Shown here piece after piece: positions 8,722 through 15,914 of a DNA stretch of 24,534 nt. A model generated the notes under the pieces. It saw only the letters and a list, made by a program, of their open reading frames with translations. It was not told where the DNA came from and did no database searches. The number at the start of each line of letters is the position of its first letter. Position 1 is the stretch's first letter. The position numbers were made by a program, and so were the translations under genes. Source of the stretch: a virus (Duplodnaviria; Caudoviricetes); IMG/VR virus record IMGVR_UViG_3300038679_000199, positions 1 through 24,534 of that record; one strand, given 5' to 3'.

Positions 8722-9672
8722 TTACTCAAATTTCAGCAGCAGCTCGTCGTCGCCGTTGTCGCTGCTCTGGTAGAGGCCGATGTCCAGGTCATAGGTGGCG
8801 ATGCCGTCCCGGTTACCCTCTTCCACTTTCTTCTTGGCGCAGCGGGGGGCGGTGATGGTGCACTGATTGCCTGCCCCGGAGCCGATCACCAGTTCCAAGG
8901 CGGCCTCATTGACGGCCCATAAATTGGTCCAGACGTCCCGGGTGGCCAGGGTGTTGGCCTCGGGGTCGAGCTTGCCTTCCGGCTCCCGGTCGGAGACGAA
9001 AAAGCCGATGATACCGGTGTCTTCGTGGACGTCCGGGCGCTCGGTGATCTTGTTCTTCAGGTCCAGTTCAAGCTTCTTGAGGGGAGCCACCCAGCCGCCG
9101 TAGGAGGCGGTGGCCCCCAGCATCAGGGGCGGTTTCAGGTTCTGATAGGTAGGCACGGCCAGGGCCTGATCGGTGATGGATGCGAGCTTGCCCTTGAAGG
9201 TGAAGCTAAACTTGGCCGGCTTGCCCACTTCACCGGCCCATTTCCAGGAGCCGACGCAGCCGACGCATTTGTGGAGATGCGCATCCCGCCAGGCATAGAT
9301 GGTCACCGATTCCAGGTTTTCGCTCACCGGCCCGTAGGTGACATAGCCGCCGGGATCGGCCTCGATGGTCTCCAGCATGGCGCAGCCCCGGAACAGCGCC
9401 CCGAAGTCCGGGGGCGTGGCGCCGCTGCCGCTGGAGCCCCGCAGCTCCACGTCAAAGGTGATTTCAACCCAGCGCCGGCCGATGAGGTGGGGAATCTTGG
9501 AGAGGCTGGGCAGGGCCACGTCCTTGCGCTCGATGACCTCCTGGTCCGGTTTGATCTTGAGGTTGCTCACCAGGATGGCATTGGTTGCGGCGACGGGCAC
9601 GGCGTCTACGCCGTAGGTGCCCTCGACCTTGGCCAGGAGCAGATATTTGCGAGTCAAAAATGGTTGTGCCAT
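8722..9672 (-). CDS. Major tail tube protein (316 aa)
   Basis: N-terminal LLAKVEGTYGVD motif, beta-rich, positioned before the chaperones. No sheath gene is adjacent. Confidence 0.82.
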   Translation of the reverse strand: MAQPFLTRKYLLLAKVEGTYGVDAVPVAATNAILVSNLKIKPDQEVIERKDVALPSLSKIPHLIGRRWVEITFDVELRGSSGSGATPPDFGALFRGCAMLETIEADPGGYVTYGPVSENLESVTIYAWRDAHLHKCVGCVGSWKWAGEVGKPAKFSFTFKGKLASITDQALAVPTYQNLKPPLMLGATASYGGWVAPLKKLELDLKNKITERPDVHEDTGIIGFFVSDREPEGKLDPEANTLATRDVWTNLWAVNEAALELVIGSGAGNQCTITAPRCAKKKVEEGNRDGIATYDLDIGLYQSSDNGDDELLLKFE

Positions 9673-9694
9673 GACAAGCCTCCCATTTCCCCCC

Positions 9695-10270
9695 TTAGGA
9701 GGAAGTCCCCAGGATGACGATATTGTAAATGCAACTGGCGCCGGCGCTGTTGGCTACCTTAAAGAGGTCGCCGGTATCAGCGGTCACCGCGTAGCCGGCG
9801 GACGGAGCCGAAATGGCAAAAAAGCCGCCGGGCGGGATAATAACCTTGTCGGTGGCGTCGGCCACCCAGTTAACAAACTGATTGGCAGCCGCTCCCCCCA
9901 CGGTCAAGGTCTGGGTGGTGCTCAGGTTTTCAATAAGAATAACCTTGACCTTGGCGAAGGTGAGGACTGTTCCGAAGGGATCGGTGAGCACCCCGGCCAG
10001 GTCCAGGTCTTCCGTGGCGCCAGTCGTCAGGGTGCGCTGGTCCCGGAACACCAGGTTGCATTGCCCGGCGCTGGTGCCATTGGCGAACTCCTTCTGGATG
10101 GTCTTGGAGAGCACGTCCTTGGGGTTGGACAGGGCGTTGGACTTGGCGAACACGGACTGCACCGCCACCGAGGCCTTGCTGGTCAGGGTGTCGGCCCCGG
10201 CGCCGGTAACCAGGGACACCAGGAGCAGGAGCATCAAAGCCGCGTACATGAACTGCTTCAGGGTTTTCAT
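9695..10270 (-). CDS. Putative virion-associated beta-sandwich protein with signal-peptide-like N-terminus (191 aa)
   Basis: MKTLKQFMYAALMLLLLVSLVTGAGA-DT followed by a Thr/Ala/Val-rich beta region. ATGA overlap with the upstream gene. Confidence 0.7.
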   Translation of the reverse strand: MKTLKQFMYAALMLLLLVSLVTGAGADTLTSKASVAVQSVFAKSNALSNPKDVLSKTIQKEFANGTSAGQCNLVFRDQRTLTTGATEDLDLAGVLTDPFGTVLTFAKVKVILIENLSTTQTLTVGGAAANQFVNWVADATDKVIIPPGGFFAISAPSAGYAVTADTGDLFKVANSAGASCIYNIVILGTSS

Positions 10271-10737
10271 GGTAGATCCTCCAAAATGCGGTGGTTATGG
10301 ATTTGGTATTCCGCGGCATAGATTACCGTGGTTAAATCGCTGGCAAAAACTGACTCCGTCAACAGATAGCAGCCGCTGATCTCCAGGCCTAAAGTTTTGT
10401 TGAGCAGCCGGCTGCGGACATCCGCCAGGATCTGGTGCACCCCCACGGCGCCGCCCCGGGCTGCAGCCTGGCCCCGCCAGGAGTGAGCCCCGGCAAATAC
10501 CATGACCTTCACCTCTTGGAACCAATACGCATTGCTGCGGGCAGCATCCGGATAGGCCGCGCCAGGGACTCCCACAGTCACCGCCGGGAAGCGCCCCACC
10601 CAGTTTTTGAGGGCCGTCTCGGTATCCAACTGCCCGGCGTAGCCGTTGAGTTCGGCCAGATAGCCGCCGTTCTCCCGCCGCAGGTCGGCCAGGGCATTGA
10701 TTATGGCGTCCTCATAGTCGGTGAAACTGTAGTTCAT
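10267..10737 (-). CDS. Mu gp37-like (DUF1834) tail terminator / head-tail joining protein
   Basis: EDAII...YAGQLD...FPAV...G.HQIL.DVR..L pattern and synteny. Confidence 0.75.
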   Translation of the reverse strand: MNYSFTDYEDAIINALADLRRENGGYLAELNGYAGQLDTETALKNWVGRFPAVTVGVPGAAYPDAARSNAYWFQEVKVMVFAGAHSWRGQAAARGGAVGVHQILADVRSRLLNKTLGLEISGCYLLTESVFASDLTTVIYAAEYQIHNHRILEDLP

Positions 10738-10754
10738 AAACTTTGCCCGCTTTT

Positions 10755-10785
10755 CTGACTACTGACTACTGGCTACTGACCACTG
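10755..10785. repeat. Heptamer tandem repeat (ACTGACT-like x4.4), intergenic
   Basis: ctgact actgact actggct actgacc actg. Confidence 0.85.
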
Positions 10786-10790
10786 TTTTC

Positions 10791-11384
10791 TCACTTCCAC
10801 GCCCCTTCACCCAGGAGATAACCCAGGGCGCTCTGGCGCATATAGGCCCAGTCCTCATCCTGGATCACCAGGAAGGGCGCCGCCGGGATGGTAACGTCGT
10901 GGGCCTTGACCATTTTGACCGGGTGGGCGGCCCCCGGCCACATGAGGGCCTGTTTCACCTTGGCGTAGATATTGGGCAGGTGGATGGTGCCGCCGAAGTT
11001 CTGGATGGCGGCATAGATCTTATCCGAGCCCACCGCCAGGCCTTCAGGCACCATCCTCCAGTTGATGGAACCCAGCAGACCCCCGGGGTTGCCGGTGTGC
11101 AGCCGCGTCCGGTTGGCCGCCCGCTCCCGGCCGGCGGCGCTGAGCCCCCCGGCCTTGGTCCAGTAAGACCTCTTGGAAAACAGCCAGTTCCGGGCCGTGA
11201 CCGGTTTCAAAGGCAGGAATTTAATGGGCCGGCCGCCCTCCATGATGTTGCGGCGCACCGAGTTCTTCAAACGCTCGCCCCAGTCCGCCAGAATCGGCGG
11301 CCGGGGGTTGCGGGCCCGCTGTTCAATCTGGCTAAAGAGCCGGGTGACCTCGGCATCCTCAAATTTCGCCTGGATCGTCATCAA
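10791..11384 (-). CDS. Phage virion morphogenesis protein (Mu gpG / P2 gpS family)
   Basis: LLGSI...VGSDKIYAAIQNFGG...IPAAPFL motifs. Confidence 0.85.
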   Translation of the reverse strand: MMTIQAKFEDAEVTRLFSQIEQRARNPRPPILADWGERLKNSVRRNIMEGGRPIKFLPLKPVTARNWLFSKRSYWTKAGGLSAAGRERAANRTRLHTGNPGGLLGSINWRMVPEGLAVGSDKIYAAIQNFGGTIHLPNIYAKVKQALMWPGAAHPVKMVKAHDVTIPAAPFLVIQDEDWAYMRQSALGYLLGEGAWK

Positions 11385-11809
11385 AGCCCCTTCAGACCAT
11401 CGGCGCTGAAAATCCGGGTGGAACTGCCGATCTCCTCCACATCCGCGGCCACGGCCGCCGGCGCCGTTGCGGTGGCTCCGACGGTGGCGTTGCCGGCCAC
11501 CACGCCCTTGAGAAAACCGATCCGGTCGGCGTAGCTCTGCCGGCAGGTCTCCGGCATCGGCATCAGCGGCCGCCGCTTATGCAGGTTATAGATGGCCAGG
11601 TCCACCGAGATAGCCTTGACCAGGTCAGGCACCGGGCTCAAGGGCACCTGATACCGGATGCCCAGATAGCCGTCAATCTCGGCATCGGCCTTGGCAATAC
11701 AGTCGGCCACCACCGCGGCGTCTGGCTCGACCTCGTTTTCCGTAGTCAGTACCGCCAGATCCGCCGAGGGGATAAGTTTTACGATGTCGTCCTGGGTGCA
11801 GTAAGCCAT
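11381..11809 (-). CDS. Mu gp36-like (DUF1320) head-tail adaptor
   Basis: MAYCTQDD...ADAEIDGYLGIRYQVPL..VP.LVK.I..DLAIY.L motif. Confidence 0.88.
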   Translation of the reverse strand: MAYCTQDDIVKLIPSADLAVLTTENEVEPDAAVVADCIAKADAEIDGYLGIRYQVPLSPVPDLVKAISVDLAIYNLHKRRPLMPMPETCRQSYADRIGFLKGVVAGNATVGATATAPAAVAADVEEIGSSTRIFSADGLKGL

Positions 11810-11818
11810 CCTCTCCCC

Positions 11819-12127
11819 CTAACTCAGCGTGTAATACCGCTCGATCTTTCTGATGGTGGCCAGGAAGGGAATCTCCTTGCCGTACTTTTCCAGTTGATTG
11901 ATCAGCACCGCCGAGCCGGTAAAAATCACGTGTTGGGCTTCATCCTTCATAAATTGCACCGTCAGGCACCGGGGAGAATTGTTTTTAAATTTGCTCTCAT
12001 TCACCCGGTAGCCGGTGACCAGAATCTCCTGGTTGAGAATGCTGTCTATCTTGACTTTTTCGCCTGCCAGGGGCCGGTCGTCCTCGGCAAAATCGCTAAA
12101 CCGCCTGGCAGGTGTTCCAGAGCTCAT
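11819..12127 (-). CDS. Small beta-rich hypothetical protein, candidate DGR accessory factor (102 aa)
   Basis: ATG with GGGGA upstream, overlapping the RT 3' end by 32 nt. Alternating hydrophobic strands (EILVTGYRV, CLTVQF, HVIFTGS, PFLATI) rather than the Avd helical bundle. Confidence 0.7.
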   Translation of the reverse strand: MSSGTPARRFSDFAEDDRPLAGEKVKIDSILNQEILVTGYRVNESKFKNNSPRCLTVQFMKDEAQHVIFTGSAVLINQLEKYGKEIPFLATIRKIERYYTLS

Positions 12128-13106
12128 CGATCCCCAAGCTCCTCTTGAAGTTGTGGGCGTTGGCCCACTTGAGCCATCCCAGGGTGGAGGCCAGGGAAGA
12201 GCGGAACTGCTCCAGGGTGAGTTTCCCCCGGGCCAGCATATCCGGCAGCCTGGCCAGCCTTGCCTTTACCCGCTTGGCGGTGCTTTTCCGCAGCAGCAGA
12301 TATTTGGGAAAGTGCCGGTAGCCCAGGAAATCCACCCCCCGGCTCACCGGGAAGACGTCCTCTTTGCTCAACCGCAGCCGGAGCTGCTTGGCGAGAAAGC
12401 TCCGGATATGGTTCAAGGCGGCGTGCAGAAACTTTTTGTCGTCATGGAATAAGCAAAAATCATCGCAGTAGCGCACATAACCCCTGACCCTAAGGGTGTG
12501 TTTGACAAACCGGTCCAGTTCGTTCAGGTAGAGGTTGCCGAACCATTGGCTGGTGTAGTTACCGATGGGGGCGTTCTTGCCGCCGGGCAGGCTGTAAATG
12601 ATGTCGTTTAGCAGCCACAGCGTGTCCCGGCACTTGATCTTCCTCTGCACCAGGTCAAACAAAATGTCGTGGTCGATGGAGGGATAAAACTTGGAGATAT
12701 CGCCCTTCAGGCAATACCGGTATTTCCGGACCAGCTCCATTGTCCGGCGGCTGCCGGCATGGAGACCCTTGCCCTGGCGGCAGGCGTAGGAGTCCGGGAT
12801 GAACATGGCGTCCCAGATGGGCTCAATGACGTTCATCAAGGCGTGCTGGACGATCCGGTCGGGATAGAGGGGCAACCGGTAGATGGTCCTGGTCTTGGGC
12901 TCATGGATGGTCTTCAGCCGATAGGCCGATGTGCAAAAGGTTTTGTTGACCAGGGACTCTCGCAGTTTGCCCAAATGCTCCTCCAGATCCTGCTCCACCC
13001 GCTTCACGGCGCTCTGCCAGGATTTTCCCCGCCGGGCCTTGACAAAGGCCAGCCTCAGGTTGTCCTCGGTCACGATGCGGTCATAGAGGTTGCCGTGCCG
13101 TTTCAT
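12096..13106 (-). CDS. DGR reverse transcriptase (336 aa, bRT-like)
   Basis: MKRHGNLY N-terminus, DRIVQHA, LKGDISKFYPSIDH, PIGNYTSQ (DGR-type GxxxSQ), YVRYCDDF, GVDFLGY. No maturase or endonuclease domain. Confidence 0.96.
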   Translation of the reverse strand: MKRHGNLYDRIVTEDNLRLAFVKARRGKSWQSAVKRVEQDLEEHLGKLRESLVNKTFCTSAYRLKTIHEPKTRTIYRLPLYPDRIVQHALMNVIEPIWDAMFIPDSYACRQGKGLHAGSRRTMELVRKYRYCLKGDISKFYPSIDHDILFDLVQRKIKCRDTLWLLNDIIYSLPGGKNAPIGNYTSQWFGNLYLNELDRFVKHTLRVRGYVRYCDDFCLFHDDKKFLHAALNHIRSFLAKQLRLRLSKEDVFPVSRGVDFLGYRHFPKYLLLRKSTAKRVKARLARLPDMLARGKLTLEQFRSSLASTLGWLKWANAHNFKRSLGIDELWNTCQAV

Positions 13107-13113
13107 AGAAATC

Positions 13114-13154
13114 GCCTGGGGGAGCTTTCGCCGGGGATACTAACTCCCCCGGGC
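13114..13154 (-). other. Stem-loop in the TR-RT spacer (probable structured part of the DGR template RNA)
   Basis: Minus strand GGGGGAGUU...AGCUCCCCC, 9 bp with one G-U, just upstream of the RT start. Confidence 0.6.
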
Positions 13155-13232
13155 CTCCGCTTGGTATTTTGCTGTCCCGGCCCTCCGGGAACAACATGGC
13201 CAAAAGGTTCAGCCAGGAGTGTCGCACCCTGT

Positions 13233-13348
13233 CTCCGTGCACCTGCGAGTGCCGATATTCGCATTCGTATTCCAGCGATAGTTATTCGCATTCCGGCACC
13301 GGGACCTGCAATTCGTCCCATTATTCCAATTGCCGCCCGCCAGGAGCT
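13233..13348 (-). repeat. DGR template repeat (TR)
   Basis: 116 bp, non-coding (in-frame TAG immediately before). Conceptual translation LLAGGNWNNGTNCRSRCRNANNYRWNTNANIGTRRCTE with 10 AAY codons. Confidence 0.96.
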
Positions 13349-13374
13349 ACCCATTAACCTTCCAGCCAATTTGC

Positions 13375-13391
13375 CGCGCCCGCGAGGCGCG
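13375..13391. promoter_or_regulatory. GC-rich hairpin downstream of VR (probable DGR target-recognition hairpin)
   Basis: CGCGCC-cgcga-GGCGCG, 16 nt beyond the target stop codon. Confidence 0.65.
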
Positions 13392-13407
13392 TTGTCGTAT
13401 AGTCGTT

Positions 13408-15198
13408 TTACCTTGGCTCCGCGCACCCGCGAGCGCCGAGAGCCGCATTCGCAGACCAGCGAGAGCTACTCGCAATCCGGCACCGGGACCCGCAAATCGC
13501 CCCATCATTCCAATCGCCGCCCGCCAGGAGCTTAATGTCCCCATAACTGCCTTGCAGATAAAGCGAGCCCTTGTTGCCGCCCATATCAACATATCCCCAG
13601 GCCGGTTCGGTGTGGGTCATGGCCAGGTCCATCGTGGCGTTGGCAGCCCCGGGGCTGATGTACTCCAGTTTGTTGTCCGCCCCATCGTCGTAATTTACTG
13701 CCACGCCGTTGGTAGCAGCGTTGGCGTCGTGCTTGATCGGCAACAGATAGTTGGGGTCATTGCTCAGGGCGTAGCAATTTTTGCCCAGGATAGTGTTGTT
13801 GACCAGGAACCGGTACGGCAGTGTGGCGTCATAATCGAAATACAGCGGCAGCCCGCCCGTGGCCGCATCGGCGTCGTGTTTGACCACCAGCTTGTAATTG
13901 GTGCCAAAGGTGAGCACTACGTCCGCCGCCACCGTAGCCAGGTTGCAGCAAAGGTAGGGCGTTCCGTCCAGCCCAAACTTGACATAGATGGGGTTGCCGC
14001 CAGGAGCGGCAGCGTGGTAAAGGGTAGTAGTTTGCCCGCCCGCCACATAGGCCACCGTCCCCCGGTCGAACCGGTACGACTGATCCCGAAGCCACTGCCA
14101 TAAGAGTCCACAGGCCCCCTCCACGAAGATATAGGAGGTCATGCGCCGATTATTGCTGTCTACCAGGCCGTTCATCACCACAAACGTGGCGGTCTCGCCA
14201 GTTACCCACCCCACTGCCGCCGGGAACGTAATGAGTAACCCGTCCGCCAATGCCTGAGCCGCCCCGGTGATCTGGATCGGGTCCGAGGCCGCCCCCAGCA
14301 CCCCGGCTGGATTGCACTGCTGGTAGGTAAAAAAGTTGGGGTCGCTGCCGTGACCGATCGAAATGGTGATCTTATATTCCTGGGCCTCATTTACTGCCCC
14401 CACCGGAGGCACATAGGCGCTCCGGTTAATCCAGGCTGAGGCCGGTGCTCCCGCAGCCCAGGTCCCGGTCTTGGAAAGATAGATGACGCACTTGCCATTG
14501 GTTACCGGATCGAGAGAGCCGTAAATATTGGTCTTTTGATTGCTGCCCTCGGCCAGCGACGCAAACTCCTCATCCCCAGGGTGCCGCCAGCCCACCGCCG
14601 CCAGGTCATCCCCCATATCCATCCAGTTGCGGGTATCCGAGATCGTGGCCCCGTAGGCGCTCTCGGTGTTAGGCCCGGTGTTGGATATCATATAGATGGG
14701 GCTCCAAACCTTGGCCTTATCGTCCCAAACTGTCCCTTCCTGCTTGCCCCTGGTCCGATGATTTAAACACCAGACCGAGGTCGGGATAATGGCCCCAGCA
14801 GCAAACCCACTCCCAGGATGACTCGCTATCACCCCAATTGCGCAGCACAAACTATGAAACCCACCAATCTTCCGGGAATTGTCCGCCGAGTACCCCGCCG
14901 GGAAGGTGCTGTTGAGGCTGACCACAATCTCGCCATCCTCGCAGACGTAGACGTAATAGTTCTTCCCTGCCTCCATGACTCCAGTGTCCAGCTTATCGGC
15001 CACAGCAAAAGAGGTGTCGGCATCCCAGGAGAGCAGCGTGTGTACCCCGGCATTGATGACCTTGATATTTGTTTCGGCCTTGATGATGAGTTCCGTCTGG
15101 GAAGCCGCCACCAGGAAAGGGGTGTATAGAGCCGCCAGGTCCCCGACGAAAGAAATAGGAGCATACACTGCCGAATTGAGAATTCTACGGTTAAGCAT
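13408..15198 (-). CDS. DGR target protein, Mtd-like C-type-lectin-fold adhesin with two inserted domains (about 596 aa)
   Basis: Start reassigned to ATG 15198 (GGGAGG upstream). Motifs match Bordetella phage Mtd as recalled: AGKNYYVYVCEDG, PAGYSADNSRKIGGFH, EFASLAEG, ACGLLWQW, GGNKGSLY, GGDW...GSR...GARG. Confidence 0.9.
   Translation of the reverse strand: MLNRRILNSAVYAPISFVGDLAALYTPFLVAASQTELIIKAETNIKVINAGVHTLLSWDADTSFAVADKLDTGVMEAGKNYYVYVCEDGEIVVSLNSTFPAGYSADNSRKIGGFHSLCCAIGVIASHPGSGFAAGAIIPTSVWCLNHRTRGKQEGTVWDDKAKVWSPIYMISNTGPNTESAYGATISDTRNWMDMGDDLAAVGWRHPGDEEFASLAEGSNQKTNIYGSLDPVTNGKCVIYLSKTGTWAAGAPASAWINRSAYVPPVGAVNEAQEYKITISIGHGSDPNFFTYQQCNPAGVLGAASDPIQITGAAQALADGLLITFPAAVGWVTGETATFVVMNGLVDSNNRRMTSYIFVEGACGLLWQWLRDQSYRFDRGTVAYVAGGQTTTLYHAAAPGGNPIYVKFGLDGTPYLCCNLATVAADVVLTFGTNYKLVVKHDADAATGGLPLYFDYDATLPYRFLVNNTILGKNCYALSNDPNYLLPIKHDANAATNGVAVNYDDGADNKLEYISPGAANATMDLAMTHTEPAWGYVDMGGNKGSLYLQGSYGDIKLLAGGDWNDGAICGSRCRIASSSRWSANAALGARGCAEPR
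13417..13532 (-). repeat. DGR variable repeat (VR)
   Basis: Ungapped match to TR with 18 mismatches, all opposite TR adenines. Encodes LLAGGDWNDGAICGSRCRIASSSRWSANAALGARGCAE. Confidence 0.96.
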
Positions 15199-15526
15199 TA
15201 GCCCCTCCCGAAAAAATGACTGCCGCAACTGGCTCCGGTGCCGCGGTCAGCGTCTTCAACCTCAGGCGGATAAACAATGCCGTCTGGTCCTCCTGCAGTT
15301 CCATCTGGCGCCGCTCCAGCTTGCCGTCAACCTCCGCCTCCATCACCTTGTGGGTCTCATCCGTGATCCCGGGTTTGCCGTCCGTGATCACCTTGGTGGT
15401 CACCCACACCATGCCGGCCGCCTCCATCGCCGCCAGTTTTGCCCGGGCCTGGCCAGCGAACTCCGGCATGGCCAGAAGGTTATCCATGTCCTGTTTGCTG
15501 CCGATGGCTTTAGGAAATCCGCGCAT
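15191..15526 (-). CDS. Hypothetical protein translationally coupled to the DGR target (about 111 aa)
   Basis: Likely start MRGFPKAIGSKQD at 15526. Its stop overlaps the target ATG. Confidence 0.7.
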   Translation of the reverse strand: MRGFPKAIGSKQDMDNLLAMPEFAGQARAKLAAMEAAGMVWVTTKVITDGKPGITDETHKVMEAEVDGKLERRQMELQEDQTALFIRLRLKTLTAAPEPVAAVIFSGGANA

Positions 15527-15851
15527 GACCCGCCCCCGAAAAATACACATGGTAGCGAATGACCCCGGGGGTCACTGTTACCTGAAAGGCCCGGAACTGG
15601 TGAGCGACGAGACCGGGCACGAACCATTCATCCCCGTTTATCATCAGGTCACCGCTGGCGGCGGCGGCGATCTCCGGGTCCGTCCGGTAGCGGATGTCGC
15701 CGCCTTCCAGGGTGCAGCGCACCACCGTGGGCGTCTCTCCCTGATAAACCAGTTTGTCGGGGTCGAACTTTACCCCGCCGGAGGTGTTGTCCACCGTCAG
15801 TTTTCCGAAATGGCCCTCAACCAGATCCGCAAAAAACGCCTTCAGGTCCAT
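15510..15851 (-). CDS. Small beta-sandwich hypothetical protein, possible capsid vertex or spike-base protein (about 113 aa)
   Basis: Likely start MDLKAFF at 15851. All-beta pattern (VVRCTLEGGDIRYRTD, FRAFQV, VIRYHVYF), directly after the capsid gene. Function is inference. Confidence 0.6.
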   Translation of the reverse strand: MDLKAFFADLVEGHFGKLTVDNTSGGVKFDPDKLVYQGETPTVVRCTLEGGDIRYRTDPEIAAAASGDLMINGDEWFVPGLVAHQFRAFQVTVTPGVIRYHVYFSGAGHARIS

Positions 15852-15873
15852 AGCCGGCCCCAATGAAATGTCG

Positions 15874-15905
15874 CCCCGGAACCGGCGTCCAGCCCGGTTC
15901 CGGGG
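15874..15905. other. 12-bp stem-loop after the major capsid gene
   Basis: CCCCGGAACCGG-cgtccagc-CCGGTTCCGGGG, without a clear U-tract. Confidence 0.75.
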
Positions 15906-15914
15906 GTATGGTGT

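Larger units (their letters stand above)
11819..15198 (-). mobile_element. Diversity-generating retroelement cassette: target(VR) - TR - RT - small ORF
   Basis: RT plus a 116-bp repeat pair differing only at template adenines, with VR at the 3' end of an Mtd-like gene. Confidence 0.96.

Noticed and set aside
1-11800. Second VR in tail genes
   Set aside because: No further TR-like sequence noticed by eye. The tailspike 3' end is outside the window, so a remote target cannot be excluded.
12096-13106. RT as group II intron, retron or Abi RT
   Set aside because: No maturase/endonuclease domain or intron RNA. The GxxxSQ motif and the adjacent adenine-specific TR/VR pair identify a DGR.
13103-13592. 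ORFs 13103..13426, 13169..13357 and 13347..13592 as avd or other genes
   Set aside because: They are alternative-frame readings across TR/VR with no Avd-like helical pattern.
15199-15228. TTG start of the DGR target at 15228
   Set aside because: ATG 15198 has a GGGAGG RBS and overlaps the upstream stop, so it is the better start.
15874-15905. Intrinsic terminator after the capsid gene
   Set aside because: Strong stem but no adjacent U-tract on the minus strand, so it is recorded as a hairpin only.
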